Shown here piece after piece: positions 36,126-45,805 of a stretch of 64,000 bases of DNA. Made by a program: the position numbers and the translations under genes. Each line of letters starts with the position of its first letter. Position 1 is the first letter of the stretch. The DNA comes from Gaiellaceae bacterium (GTDB lineage Bacteria; Actinomycetota; Thermoleophilia; Gaiellales; Gaiellaceae). The notes beneath the pieces were generated by a model. It ran no database searches. It saw nothing but the letters and a program-made list of their open reading frames with translations, and was not told the origin of the DNA. The DNA lies in assembly GCA_035265935.1 (NCBI GenBank), contig DATFOC010000076.1:4084-68083 (forward strand), in the 5' to 3' direction.

Positions 36126-36979
36126 GTGTCGGATCTTAGTCCGAGTTCGCGCAAAGCCCAGGGGATCGCCACGCGAGCCTGCGCGAGCTGAAACGCTCGA
36201 ACGCCTGGAGCCGTGGGCGGCGGCGGGAGTCCTGCGCGCGACGCGAAGAATCCGGCGAGCACGGCGGCCAGCCCACCTGCGCCCGGAAGGAGCTCGTGTG
36301 GCGGCGGCCCGCCCTCCAGATGCAGCGATGCAGCCCAGCCGGCGAGGTCGAGGTCGGGGTTTCCGAGATGCACGAAGTTCCAGTCGACGAGCACTGCTCC
36401 GCGGTCGGCGAGGCAGAGGTTGTCGCTCCGGACGTCCAGATGCAGCAGCGCATCTCCTTCGATCGGAGCACGCTCGGCGGCACCCCGGAGCGTCGGCAGG
36501 CATTCATCGAGCCACCCGGCAGACCAGGCGCCGAGCGAGAGGAACGGCGCCGGGTCCCGTTCGATCTCGGCCCAGCCGCCCACGAACTTCTCCCGGTCCT
36601 CCCTGATTGGCGGGACCCAGGACGGAGCCGGCGTCGACCAGACAGCGCTGAGTGTCGCCCGAACTTCATCGATCGCGCAGGCGTCCCACGGAGGAGGCCA
36701 GCGCGCCGCGCTCAGGTCCTCGATCACGAGCAGGGGTGGATTACCGGCGTCGCAGCCCAGAAGCGTCGGCATGAACGAGCCCTGCACGGCTTCGTAGAAG
36801 CGGATCTCTTGGCGCAGGAACTCGCTCGTCACGTCCTCCGCCCCCGCCTTGACGAACGCGGTCGAACCGTCGTCGAGCTCGGCAATCGCATGGAACGCCT
36901 GTGCGTATCCGCGAGTCTGGATCCCCCTCAGCGAGCGAACCGGGCGGTGGACCGCTGCGGCGACGCGCTTCTCGATCAC
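36122..36979 (-). CDS. Aminoglycoside/choline-kinase-like phosphotransferase (APH fold)
   Basis: Starts at GTG 36979 (GTGA overlap). Kinase catalytic motif LLHLDVRSDNLCL...LVDWNF. Its stop overlaps the hppD ATG (ATGA). Confidence 0.7.
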   Translation of the reverse strand: MIEKRVAAAVHRPVRSLRGIQTRGYAQAFHAIAELDDGSTAFVKAGAEDVTSEFLRQEIRFYEAVQGSFMPTLLGCDAGNPPLLVIEDLSAARWPPPWDACAIDEVRATLSAVWSTPAPSWVPPIREDREKFVGGWAEIERDPAPFLSLGAWSAGWLDECLPTLRGAAERAPIEGDALLHLDVRSDNLCLADRGAVLVDWNFVHLGNPDLDLAGWAASLHLEGGPPPHELLPGAGGLAAVLAGFFASRAGLPPPPTAPGVRAFQLAQARVAIPWALRELGLRSDT

Positions 36980-37863
36980 GCCGACTCCAACGCCGGTCGA
37001 CGCCGGGCGAGAACGAGCGCGAGCCCGATCGTCAGGCCTCCGGCGACTTGCAGCCACGTCAGCTCCTCCGACAACAGCACGACCGCGAACAACGCAGCCA
37101 GGAACGGTTGGAGGTTCGTCACCAGTGTCGCGCGCGACGGCCCCACTCGATCGATCGCGGTGAACCAGAGGAAGTTCGTGAGGACGAGCGGGCCGAGTAC
37201 CGCGAAGACGAACCCAGCCCACACGAGCGGCTCGAGATCCCAGGCCTGGTCGAGCAGCTGCGGAATCCCGGTGATCACGAGCGGAACGGCGCCGAACCCG
37301 AGCGCGCCGGCGCTGATCCGCCAGACCGAGTAGCGGCGGAGCAACGGGACGATCGCGACCGAGTAGAAGCCCCAGGTCGCCGCCGCGAGGAAGGCGAGCA
37401 AATTTCCGAGCAAGTTCCCAGAGACGCCGCTCGCAGACCCTGCGGCGACGAGCGCGACGCCGAGGAACGAGATGGCGGCCGCGATCCAGAAGCGCCGGTG
37501 CAGCCGCTCCACGCCGAATCCGTAGGCGACGATCGCCGTGACGATCGGCAGGCTCCCGAAGATCAGCGCAACCGTGGAGGCATTCGTGAGGTCGATCGCG
37601 TACATGAAGCCAATCGAGTTGAGGTAGATCCCGATGAACGCCGCCCCGGCGAGAAACAGCCCGTGGCGGCGCTTGAATCGCAGCGAGCGCTCCCAGCGGT
37701 AGGTGATCCCCGAGACCACGAGCGCCGCGGCGCTGAACCGGAGGGCGGAGTACGCGAGCGGCTGGAACCCATGCGTCACCGCATAGCGCGTAACCGTGAA
37801 GTTGAATGCCCAGATCGTGACGGTGGCGAGGAGCATCCCTTCGGCCGCGCTGATCCTCCGCAC
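36976..37863 (-). CDS. EamA/DMT family transporter
   Basis: 295 aa, 10 predicted TM segments, two EamA repeats. Confidence 0.85.
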   Translation of the reverse strand: MRRISAAEGMLLATVTIWAFNFTVTRYAVTHGFQPLAYSALRFSAAALVVSGITYRWERSLRFKRRHGLFLAGAAFIGIYLNSIGFMYAIDLTNASTVALIFGSLPIVTAIVAYGFGVERLHRRFWIAAAISFLGVALVAAGSASGVSGNLLGNLLAFLAAATWGFYSVAIVPLLRRYSVWRISAGALGFGAVPLVITGIPQLLDQAWDLEPLVWAGFVFAVLGPLVLTNFLWFTAIDRVGPSRATLVTNLQPFLAALFAVVLLSEELTWLQVAGGLTIGLALVLARRRPALESA

Positions 37864-37937
37864 CGTCGCGACCCTACCGATGAGTTCTGCGGCTCCCGTG
37901 GGTCCGTACGGAAAACGAGCCAGGAGGAGGTAGAGCG

Positions 37938-38519
37938 ATGGGAAGACTGATCGTCACGGAGTTCGTCTCGATGGACGGCGTCATGGAAGCGCCAGGCGGT
38001 GAGGAGGGCTACAAGCACACGGCGTGGACGTTCGAGTTCCCGGACGAGGGCCAGTACGAGGTCAAGACGAAGGAGACGGACGAGGCCGAGGTGATGTTGC
38101 TCGGCCGCGTTACCTACGAGGGCTTCGCGGCGGCGTGGCCCGAGCGGGAGCAGGCCGACGACGAGGCCACGGCCGCCTTCGCCAAGCGGTTCAACTCGAT
38201 GCCGAAGTACGTGGTCTCCACGACGCTCGAGGAGGCGACCTGGCAGAACACGACGATCCTGCGGAGCCTCGACGACGTCGCGCGCCTCAAGGGCGAGATC
38301 GAGGGGGACATCCTGGCCCATGGCAGCAACACGCTGGTCCACGGCCTGCTCGAGCGAGATCTCGTCGATGTGCTGCGCCTGATGATCTTCCCGGTCATCC
38401 TCGGGATCGGAAAGCGCATCTTCCCGGACGACCTCGACGACAAGATCGTCTTCGACCTGACCGACCAGCGGCAGTACGGCTCGATCGTCGTTCACGACTA
38501 CACACGCCAGGGGCGGTAG
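37938..38519 (+). CDS. Dihydrofolate reductase family protein (RibD C-terminal domain type)
   Basis: 193 aa. GRLIVTEFVSMDGVMEAP...LLGRVTYEGFAAAWP...HGSNTLV. Strong SD AGGAGGAGG. Confidence 0.85.
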   Translation: MGRLIVTEFVSMDGVMEAPGGEEGYKHTAWTFEFPDEGQYEVKTKETDEAEVMLLGRVTYEGFAAAWPEREQADDEATAAFAKRFNSMPKYVVSTTLEEATWQNTTILRSLDDVARLKGEIEGDILAHGSNTLVHGLLERDLVDVLRLMIFPVILGIGKRIFPDDLDDKIVFDLTDQRQYGSIVVHDYTRQGR

Positions 38520-38559
38520 GTCGGATACTCGTGGCGCTCGCCGTGCGGTCGCCGTAAGG

Positions 38560-38955
38560 TTGACCGGTGAGCGACGTGCAGGCAATCGACGACGCGGGGC
38601 TCCCGCTCCAGTTTTCCTGGCGCTCGTTGGTTCGTACGCGCTCGCCGCGACGCTGTTGCTCATGGGGCTGCTGGGCTTCTTCATCTGGGATGCCCTCGAC
38701 GACGCGGTCGGCGTCGGTGCGACGATCCTCGGGATTCTCGTCCTTGCAGCGACATATCTGGCCTGGCGGGGAAGCCGTGCCGGACGCGCGTTGATCGGGC
38801 TGCTCGCCGCGATTGGCGCCGTTGCGGGTGTCATCTACGTCTTCACCGGCCCCTCCTCGGCGATTATCGGCTCGCTGGTCGTGGCCGCGCTCGGCGCCGG
38901 CACCGTCGCGCTGCTCTTCCTGCCCGAGGCCTCCAAGCGCTTCTACGCGGCCTGA
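38560..38955 (+). CDS. Membrane protein, function unknown
   Basis: 131 aa, four hydrophobic segments, TTG start. Confidence 0.55.
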   Translation: MTGERRAGNRRRGAPAPVFLALVGSYALAATLLLMGLLGFFIWDALDDAVGVGATILGILVLAATYLAWRGSRAGRALIGLLAAIGAVAGVIYVFTGPSSAIIGSLVVAALGAGTVALLFLPEASKRFYAA

Positions 38956-38976
38956 ACGACGGTACGCTCCGGCTCA

Positions 38977-39273
38977 GTGGAGACCGAGCCGACCAGGGAG
39001 GACATCGACGCGCTCGTCGGGCCGGCGACGCCGCACTTCGCGTACCAGATCCGCGCGCGCGTGCGTGAGCTGGTCGAGGGGCTGCCGGAGGATCATCCGG
39101 TCCGCCAGTACGGCGAGGAGCAGATCGAGCTGCTCGACCGGCTCGGCTATGCCTCGTCGAAGGCGGAAGACGGGCCGCCCGAGCCGCGCACGCGCATCGG
39201 CTGGGAGCGCATGCCGAGCGCCGCGCCGGCCGACCACCCGCTTCCCAGGAGCTCACCTCAGAGTGAGCGCTGA
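38977..39273 (+). CDS. Hypothetical protein
   Basis: 98-aa GTG-initiated ORF with coding-like composition. I recognised no family. Confidence 0.45.
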   Translation: METEPTREDIDALVGPATPHFAYQIRARVRELVEGLPEDHPVRQYGEEQIELLDRLGYASSKAEDGPPEPRTRIGWERMPSAAPADHPLPRSSPQSER

Positions 39274-39299
39274 GCCGCCCTGAGGCGAGCTCCGAAGGG

Positions 39300-40040
39300 A
39301 TGACGCGGTTCGAGGGAGCCTCGGTGCTGGTCACCGGCGGCTCGCGGGGGATCGGGAAGGCGATCGCTCTCCGCTTCGCCGAGCTCGGCGCTGCACGGGT
39401 CGCGATCGGCTACATGCGGAACGACACGGCTGCCGAGCAGACGGCCGACGACCTCCGCGGATTCGGTGCCGAGCCACTGTTGATCCGGGGAAACGTCACC
39501 TCGGAGCGTGTCCTCGCCGAGGTCGAGAGCCACGGGCCCTGGAACGTCGTCGTCCACAACGCCGCGACCGGCGTGATCCGGCCGGCACTTGAGACCGAGG
39601 ACAAGCACTGGGACTGGACGCTCGGCGCCAACGCTCGGGCGCTGCTCTCGCTCGCCCGTGTGGCCGCGCCCGCCATGCCGAAGGGCTCCTCGATCATCGG
39701 GATCTCCAGTCTCGGGTCGACGCGCGTAATGGAAAACTACGTGCTCGTCGGAACCTCGAAGGCGGCCCTCGAGTCACTCGTCCGGTATCTGGCCGTCGAG
39801 CTGGCGCCGCGCGGGATCCGCGTCAACGCCGTTTCAGGCGGTGTCATCGAGACCGGCGCCCTCGAGCACTTCCCGAACAAGGAAGACATGATCCGAGCCG
39901 CTCAGAAACGGACTCCGGCAGGGCGCATGGTGGTTCCGTCGGACATCGCGGGCGCCGTGATCTTCCTCGCCTCCGAGGACGCAGACATGATCCGCGGCCA
40001 GACGCTCGTCGTCGACGGCGGCTTCTCGCTCCTCGCCTAG
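39300..40040 (+). CDS. SDR family oxidoreductase (FabL-like enoyl-ACP reductase type)
   Basis: 246 aa. TGGSRGIGKA cofactor motif and YxxxK (VGTSKAALE). Confidence 0.85.
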   Translation: MTRFEGASVLVTGGSRGIGKAIALRFAELGAARVAIGYMRNDTAAEQTADDLRGFGAEPLLIRGNVTSERVLAEVESHGPWNVVVHNAATGVIRPALETEDKHWDWTLGANARALLSLARVAAPAMPKGSSIIGISSLGSTRVMENYVLVGTSKAALESLVRYLAVELAPRGIRVNAVSGGVIETGALEHFPNKEDMIRAAQKRTPAGRMVVPSDIAGAVIFLASEDADMIRGQTLVVDGGFSLLA

Positions 40041-40345
40041 CGGTCGTAGCGGATCACGAGCCTGGCGATCTCGCCGTCGTGCTCGGTCAGGAACATCTGC
40101 CCGGCGGGGACGGCCGGCTCCTTGGCCCAGGCGTACGTCCCGTCGCCGTCGAGCAGGACGATCTCGTCGTCGGGCGGCTGGGCCGCGTAGGCCGCGCCGA
40201 TCGCCTCCCGGCCGGAGAACGGCCCGACCGGGATGCCCTCGAAGACCAGCTCGGCGTCCTCGGCGAATGCTGCGACCATCGGGTCGAAGTCCCCCGACCG
40301 AACTCCTGCGTTGAACCGCTCGACGTGCTCGCCGAGCAGGCTCAA
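40037..40345 (-). CDS. SnoaL/NTF2-like small protein
   Basis: 102 aa. FNAGVRSGDFDPMVAAFAEDAELVFEG resembles the SnoaL-like fold. Confidence 0.65.
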   Translation of the reverse strand: MSLLGEHVERFNAGVRSGDFDPMVAAFAEDAELVFEGIPVGPFSGREAIGAAYAAQPPDDEIVLLDGDGTYAWAKEPAVPAGQMFLTEHDGEIARLVIRYDR

Positions 40346-41853
40346 ACGCGCGCGCCGTAAATGGCCTCCACCTTTGACTGGAGATACGCCAGGTACGGCT
40401 CGACGTCCAACGGCCCGCCGACGATCCGCTCAATCATCTCGTCCGGCGTGAAGCGCCGGCCCCAGCGGTACATGCGCTCGCCGAGCCATTCGCGCAGCGG
40501 ACCGAATTCCCCCGCCTCCATCTGCGAGTCGAGATCCGGCAGCTCCGAGCGCACCTTCTCCCAGATCTGCACCGACGCGATCGTGCCGAGGAGATACGTC
40601 GGGAAGTAGCCGAACGAGCCGCCCGACCAGTGGACGTCCTGCAGGACCCCGCGCGCGTCGTCGGGCGGATCGAGCCCGAGGTACTCCTGCATCTTCTCGT
40701 TCCACATGCGTGGGAGGTCGCGAAGCTCCAGGCGGCCGGCGATGATCTCCTGCTCCAGCTCGTACCGCAGGATGATGTGCATGCCGTAGGTGACCTCGTC
40801 CGCCTCGACCCGGATGAAGTCCGGCTGCACGCGGTTCACGTAGCGCCAGTACATCTCGTCCGTGACGCCGTTCAGCTGCTCCGGGAAGACCTCCTGGATC
40901 CGCGGGAAGAAGAACCGCCAGAACGGCCGCGAACGGCAGACGAGGTTCTCCCACAGCCTGCTCTGCGACTCGTGGAGCACCATGGAGTTCAGCTCCACGA
41001 GCGGGGTGCGCTCGAGCGCGCGGTCGATCCCGTTCTCGTAGAGGCCGTGCCCGAACTCGTGCGCCGTGTGGAAGATCGACTCCGCGTCGGCCTCCGAGTA
41101 CCGCGTCGTCAGGCGGATGTCATCGACCGAGATCGACGTCGCGAACGGGTGGACGGTCGGGTCGAGCCGCCAGGACTCCGACGAGTAGCCGAGCCGCTCG
41201 AGGATCTCCCGCCCGACCATTTCCTGCTTCTCCACGGGGAAGTGTCCGTGCGCGAAGTCCGACGGCACGGGCTCGGCGGCCTTGACCTCGCGGATCAGCG
41301 GGATCACGACCTCCTTGATCCGCTCGAAGATCGCCGTGATCTCCTCGCTGCGGGCATCCTCCTGGTAGTCGTCGAGGAGGATGTCGTAGTCCGACTTGCC
41401 CGTGTCCTTGAAGCACTCGAGGTAGCGGTGCTTCAGCTCCACGTTCTTCTCCAGGTATGGAAGGAAGGCCTCGAAGTCGGAGTTGCGGCGCGCCTCGGCC
41501 CACGCCATGACGCCCAGCACCTCTGCCTTCGTGAGCTCCGCCTGGAGCTCGGGCGGAACGCGGCGCGCCTTCTCCCAGTCACGCCGGGTCACACGAATCA
41601 GTGCAGCGTCGATCGATTCGGGGTCGAGCTCGGACTCGTGCTCGAGCTCGTCGAGGAGCTTGCCCGTCTCCTCGGAGACAAACAGCTCGTGCGAGAGCCG
41701 GTCGATCGTCGCCAGCTGGTCGGCGCGGGCGTCGTTGCCCGCGGGCGGCATCATCGTCTGCTGGTCCCAGCCGACCAGCGCGCTCACCCGCTTGAGGTCG
41801 AGAATCGTCCCGACTCGTTCCTTAAGCTCGTTCAGCGTGGCTTCGTGACTCAC
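40342..41853 (-). CDS. Carboxypeptidase M32 (Taq type)
   Basis: 503 aa. HEFGHGLY zinc motif and the DVHWS...GYFPTY region. Confidence 0.92.
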   Translation of the reverse strand: MSHEATLNELKERVGTILDLKRVSALVGWDQQTMMPPAGNDARADQLATIDRLSHELFVSEETGKLLDELEHESELDPESIDAALIRVTRRDWEKARRVPPELQAELTKAEVLGVMAWAEARRNSDFEAFLPYLEKNVELKHRYLECFKDTGKSDYDILLDDYQEDARSEEITAIFERIKEVVIPLIREVKAAEPVPSDFAHGHFPVEKQEMVGREILERLGYSSESWRLDPTVHPFATSISVDDIRLTTRYSEADAESIFHTAHEFGHGLYENGIDRALERTPLVELNSMVLHESQSRLWENLVCRSRPFWRFFFPRIQEVFPEQLNGVTDEMYWRYVNRVQPDFIRVEADEVTYGMHIILRYELEQEIIAGRLELRDLPRMWNEKMQEYLGLDPPDDARGVLQDVHWSGGSFGYFPTYLLGTIASVQIWEKVRSELPDLDSQMEAGEFGPLREWLGERMYRWGRRFTPDEMIERIVGGPLDVEPYLAYLQSKVEAIYGARV

Positions 41854-43025
41854 TGCGAGGTCAGCGCTCCTTCCGTGTAGACGCCGGACGGGTTCCAGAG
41901 CAGGAAACCGCCGGACTTCCAGCGCCGGGCGGCGCGGATCTGTTCCTGAACGTGTGACAGTGTCGTCGTGCCGCTGAAGCTGAAGTCCTCCAGCCAGGGG
42001 ACGAGCTCCGCCTTGCCGCGCCGCATCTGGCGGCGGAAGTCGCGGAGCGACCGCCCGACTGTCCGCCCGGGGACGGAGACGGGGCTGTCGAGGCCGTACT
42101 CACCCGGCCCGTAGTGCGACGGGTAGACCATCGGGTAGATCGCGTCGACGATCTTCGACAGTCGGCGGGGCGACTGGCCGATGCCGAGGTCGCGCGTCGC
42201 CGAGAGGCCGAAGACGTCGACGGAGACGCGGACGCCCATCGGCTTGAGGCGCTTGGTCGCATAGTGGACGAAGCGCGCGATCGTCAAGCCCATGGCCTCG
42301 TTCCTCCTCCCAGGGAAGACAGCGGACTCGATGTCGCCGTCGCTGGGGAAGCGGACGTAGTCGAACTGGATCTCGTCGAAGCCCGCCCTGGCTGCGGCCT
42401 GCGCGATCCGAAGGTTGTAGTCCCAGACTTGCTTCTCGTACGGGTTCGTCCAGCCCAGGCCGGCGTCGTTCTGCCAGACGGCGCCGCCGGACGTGCGAAT
42501 CGCGAGGTCCGCCTTCGCCCTGGAGAGGATCGGATCCTCGAAGCAGACGACGCGGCCGATCAGGAAGAGCCCTTCGTCGTGCACCTGCTTCGCTGCCTTG
42601 ACCGGGTCGTAGTAGCGCATCGCCGAGCCGATGCGCCTCGCGAGCGGCGGGGCCAGGCGGTGGAACGCAACCTCCCCGTTTTCGTCCTTGACGTCGAGCT
42701 GGATCGTGTTGATCCCGGGAATCCGTGTGTACTCGGCGAGCTTGCCGTCGAGGGAGGCAAGCGCCATCGTCACGTGGACGCCGCGGATCTCCTCCGGGAC
42801 CGGCGGCCCTGTGCGCTTGGGCGGGGCGGCCTTCTTCGCCGCTATCGGAGCCACGACGCTCTTCCCGTCATCACCGCGGTCAGGAAGCGCTCCGGCCCCG
42901 ACCGCGACGGCGGCAGCGGCGAGGAGCAGCGTGGTCGCGCCGACGGTCCGGCGGAGCCGTCGACGCCGCCGCGACTGCGCTCGTCGCTGGCGAAAACGGT
43001 CGTTCGGGTCGAGGTACGGCTCCAC
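41850..43025 (-). CDS. Putative glycoside hydrolase-like TIM-barrel protein (GHL/DUF4015 type), membrane anchored
   Basis: 391 aa. Basic N-terminus plus TM helix, then IRGVHVT...NTIQLDVKDE...FDEIQFDYVRFP. Confidence 0.7.
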   Translation of the reverse strand: MEPYLDPNDRFRQRRAQSRRRRRLRRTVGATTLLLAAAAVAVGAGALPDRGDDGKSVVAPIAAKKAAPPKRTGPPVPEEIRGVHVTMALASLDGKLAEYTRIPGINTIQLDVKDENGEVAFHRLAPPLARRIGSAMRYYDPVKAAKQVHDEGLFLIGRVVCFEDPILSRAKADLAIRTSGGAVWQNDAGLGWTNPYEKQVWDYNLRIAQAAARAGFDEIQFDYVRFPSDGDIESAVFPGRRNEAMGLTIARFVHYATKRLKPMGVRVSVDVFGLSATRDLGIGQSPRRLSKIVDAIYPMVYPSHYGPGEYGLDSPVSVPGRTVGRSLRDFRRQMRRGKAELVPWLEDFSFSGTTTLSHVQEQIRAARRWKSGGFLLWNPSGVYTEGALTSQ

Positions 43026-43099
43026 AGGACTCGCAACGGTACAACGACTACGCCAATTCGGAGGGATTAGACCCTGGCGCTCGTGGGTATTCCGACGCC

Positions 43100-43414
43100 A
43101 TGGGCCTTGTCGTCAGCCTGATCCTGATCGCGGTCGGCGCGATTCTCATCTGGGGCGTGGAAGCTGAGAGCACCGATTTCAACAAGGACGCCGTCGGCGT
43201 GATTCTGATGATCGTGGGCTTCGTGGCCTTCCTGCTCAGCATGATGATGTGGCGGTCCTGGTGGGGCCCCGGGGTCCTTACCTCCCGCCGCAGGTACGTC
43301 GACGACCGCGGCGCGGCTGCGCCGGCGGCCGACCCGTACGACAGCCGCCGCCATGTCGTGCACGAGGAAGAGGACGTCGCAGGCCCACCGCCCGGCGCGC
43401 CGCCTCCTCCCTAG
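43100..43414 (+). CDS. Small two-TM membrane protein (DUF6458-like)
   Basis: The ATG at 43100 gives MGLVVSLILIAVGAILIWGV...VGVILMIVGFVAFLLSMMMW plus a Pro-rich tail. Confidence 0.55.
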   Translation: MGLVVSLILIAVGAILIWGVEAESTDFNKDAVGVILMIVGFVAFLLSMMMWRSWWGPGVLTSRRRYVDDRGAAAPAADPYDSRRHVVHEEEDVAGPPPGAPPPP

Positions 43415-43418
43415 CGGC

Positions 43419-43871
43419 TCAGCGGACCAGCCTCCCGTTCGGCTTCACAACGAGCCAGAGGCCGCCGAACTCGTTGACGTTCTGGCACTTCACCTCGCGC
43501 GGCCCCTCGTGCGCGTAGTAATAGAGCGGCCAGCCGTTGTACGTGACCTGGAGCCGGCCGCTTCGCCTGCGCACCGTGCCGATCAGGGACTGCTTGACGC
43601 CGCGCAGCGCCTTCACCTTGCCCTTGGAGAAGTAAACCGGCCACGCACGGGCGCACGCGCTGTAGCAGGTGCTCTTCCCACCGCGCTTGTCGCGGGTGAA
43701 CCCGTACAGCACGCGATCCTTCGCGTCGAAGAGGATCGGCCCGTAGCGCGTGTTCCGCACCTTGAGGGCGAGCTGCAACTCCATCTCGGCGGAATCCGTC
43801 CTCGCCGAGCCGGCACCGCCGGAAGCGGGGATGACGAGGGCGGCGGCGAGCAGTACGAGCAGCGTCTTCAT
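43419..43871 (-). CDS. Secreted protein with tandem YGxxL/WPLYYY repeats (COG4315-like)
   Basis: The internal ATG at 43871 gives a signal peptide MKTLLVLLAAALVIPASG. Motifs CYSACARAWP and YNGWPLYYY. Confidence 0.6.
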   Translation of the reverse strand: MKTLLVLLAAALVIPASGGAGSARTDSAEMELQLALKVRNTRYGPILFDAKDRVLYGFTRDKRGGKSTCYSACARAWPVYFSKGKVKALRGVKQSLIGTVRRRSGRLQVTYNGWPLYYYAHEGPREVKCQNVNEFGGLWLVVKPNGRLVR

Positions 43872-43935
43872 CTCGATTCTCCTGAGCGGCGTGGCGAGCA
43901 CAGCGTAGGACGCGTCACCTTTCGAAATCCTTAAA

Positions 43936-44859
43936 TCAGCGGCCGTTGCGGCTCGGGAGCAGCCGTCCAAACGTGTCCGAGGCGATGTATCCCGCGATCT
44001 TCGGATTCTCCTGCAGGCGCCGCAGCGAGTAGGCGTACCACTCCTCCCCGTACGGAACGTAGATGCGAAGCCGATGGCCGTCCTCCACGAGCTCCGTGCC
44101 TCGCTGCGGTCTGACCCCTAGAAGCATCTGGAACTCGTACTCGGCCGGCGAGCGCCCTGCCTCGCGGACGAGCCGCTCTCCCTCCTCGATCAGCCATTCG
44201 TCGTGCGTCGCGATCCCGACGTACGAGCCGCCGTCGAGGAGCGCGCCGAGCGCGCGGACGAAGTTCTCGCGCACCTCGTCGAACCCCTGGTACGCGATCT
44301 CCTCCGGCTCGACGTAGATCCCCTTGCAGAGCCGGGCGTTCGGGCTCAGGTCCGACAGTGCCTCGATGTCGTCCAGCGTCCGGCGGAGGTACGCCTGGAG
44401 GACGATGCCGACGTTGTCGAGCCCCGCCTGGCGCAGCTCGCGGTAGAGGCGCAACGTCTCGTCCGTGCAGCTCGAGTCCTCCATGTCGATCCGCACGAAG
44501 TTGCGGCGCTCGGCTGCCTGCCGCACGAGCCGCTCCAGGATCTCGCGGCAGAGGCCGTGGTCCAGCTTGAGGCCGAGTCCGGTGAGCTTGACGCTGACGT
44601 TCGAGTCGAGGCCCTGCTCGTCGATCGCCCGGAAGACGTTCTCGTACTCGTAGCCGATGTGCCTGGCTTCCTCCCAGGTCGTGGTCTCCTCGCCGAGGAC
44701 GTCGATCGTCGCCATCTTCGACTCGGCGTTGAGGCGCTTGACGGCGCGACATGCATCCTCGACCCGAGTGCCCGCGATGTAGCGCTCCGAGATCTTGCGG
44801 ACGATCGGCTTCGGAACGGCCGGCAGCGTTCGGACGATGGCGCGGCTCAGGAGGGCCAC
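43936..44859 (-). CDS. Proline dehydrogenase (monofunctional)
   Basis: 307 aa. ISERYIAGT, DVLGEE, RIDMEDS, GIVLQAYL and YGEEWYAYSLRRLQENP. Confidence 0.88.
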   Translation of the reverse strand: MALLSRAIVRTLPAVPKPIVRKISERYIAGTRVEDACRAVKRLNAESKMATIDVLGEETTTWEEARHIGYEYENVFRAIDEQGLDSNVSVKLTGLGLKLDHGLCREILERLVRQAAERRNFVRIDMEDSSCTDETLRLYRELRQAGLDNVGIVLQAYLRRTLDDIEALSDLSPNARLCKGIYVEPEEIAYQGFDEVRENFVRALGALLDGGSYVGIATHDEWLIEEGERLVREAGRSPAEYEFQMLLGVRPQRGTELVEDGHRLRIYVPYGEEWYAYSLRRLQENPKIAGYIASDTFGRLLPSRNGR

Positions 44860-44882
44860 GAACTGGATGTTATGGCGGGTGG

Positions 44883-45800
44883 CTAACGGCGGCTCTGACG
44901 GATGAGCCCCCGTACGTCTGCCAGCGGGCCGAGGTGGCCGAGCTTCTCAGGGTTGATCACCGATCGGACCGTCTGGACGACACCTTGTGCGATGTCGAGG
45001 GCGAAGACGCTGACAAGGCGGCCCTCGTCGTCCACGACGATGGCACCGGGTTGGCCGTTCACCTGCCGGCGCCGGATCTCGACCCCGGCCGAAACGAACT
45101 GCCGAGCCGAGCCGATCAGCAGGCGGGCGACACGATCCGGGCCGACGATCGGCTTCAGCCAGGACGGCCCCTTGCCTCCGCCGTCCCCGTAGACGACCAC
45201 GTCGTCGGCGAGCAGCTCGACCAGTCCGTCCATGTCGCCGTCGGTGACCGCGGCGAAGAAGCGTTCGGCGAGCTCGTCGCGCTGCCGCCGGGACGATTCG
45301 AACCGAGGTCGCTCCGCTTCGACATGGCGACGGGCGCGCACGGCGAGCTGCCTGCAGTTCGCCTCGGACTTTCCGACGATCTCGGCGATTTCGTCGTAGC
45401 CGTAGCCGAACACGTCGTGGAGCAGAAAGACCGCCCGCTCGACGGGGCGGAGCCGTTCCAGGAGCACGAGGAACGCCATCGAAAGCGTGTCCGCCTCCTC
45501 GGCGTGCGCCGCCGGGTCCTCACCGCCGTTGTCGGTCACGAGCGGCTCAGGCAGCCATGGCCCGACGTAGGTCTCCCGCCGGGTGGGCGCCGAGCGCAGG
45601 TGGTCGATCGCGAGGCGGGTGACGACGGCCGAGAGGTACGCCTTCGGCGAGCGGACTTCCGCCCCGTCCTCGAGCGCGCGTTGATGGCGGAGGAACGCCT
45701 CCTGCACGACGTCCTCTGCATCGCCCACAGATCCGACCATCCGGTAGGCGATCGAGAACATCAGCGGCCGCAGGGTCTCGACTGTCTCTTCGCCGTCCAC
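44883..45800 (-). CDS. ECF sigma factor, ECF41/SigJ type with SnoaL-like C-terminal extension
   Basis: Sigma-2 region (IAYRMVGSVGDAEDVVQEAF), sigma-4 region (YDEIAEIVGKSEANCRQLAVRARR), then a ~120-aa extension. I chose the GTG start at 45800; it is uncertain. Confidence 0.85.
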   Translation of the reverse strand: MDGEETVETLRPLMFSIAYRMVGSVGDAEDVVQEAFLRHQRALEDGAEVRSPKAYLSAVVTRLAIDHLRSAPTRRETYVGPWLPEPLVTDNGGEDPAAHAEEADTLSMAFLVLLERLRPVERAVFLLHDVFGYGYDEIAEIVGKSEANCRQLAVRARRHVEAERPRFESSRRQRDELAERFFAAVTDGDMDGLVELLADDVVVYGDGGGKGPSWLKPIVGPDRVARLLIGSARQFVSAGVEIRRRQVNGQPGAIVVDDEGRLVSVFALDIAQGVVQTVRSVINPEKLGHLGPLADVRGLIRQSRR

Positions 45801-45805
45801 CCGGC

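Noticed and set aside
35031-36503. Extended 490-aa version of hppD, and similar long versions of 53294..55108, 31425..33284 and 44883..46040
   Set aside because: The upstream parts overlap well-supported neighbouring genes and are Arg/Pro-rich. Family-typical N-termini and GTGA/ATGA coupling support the shorter starts.
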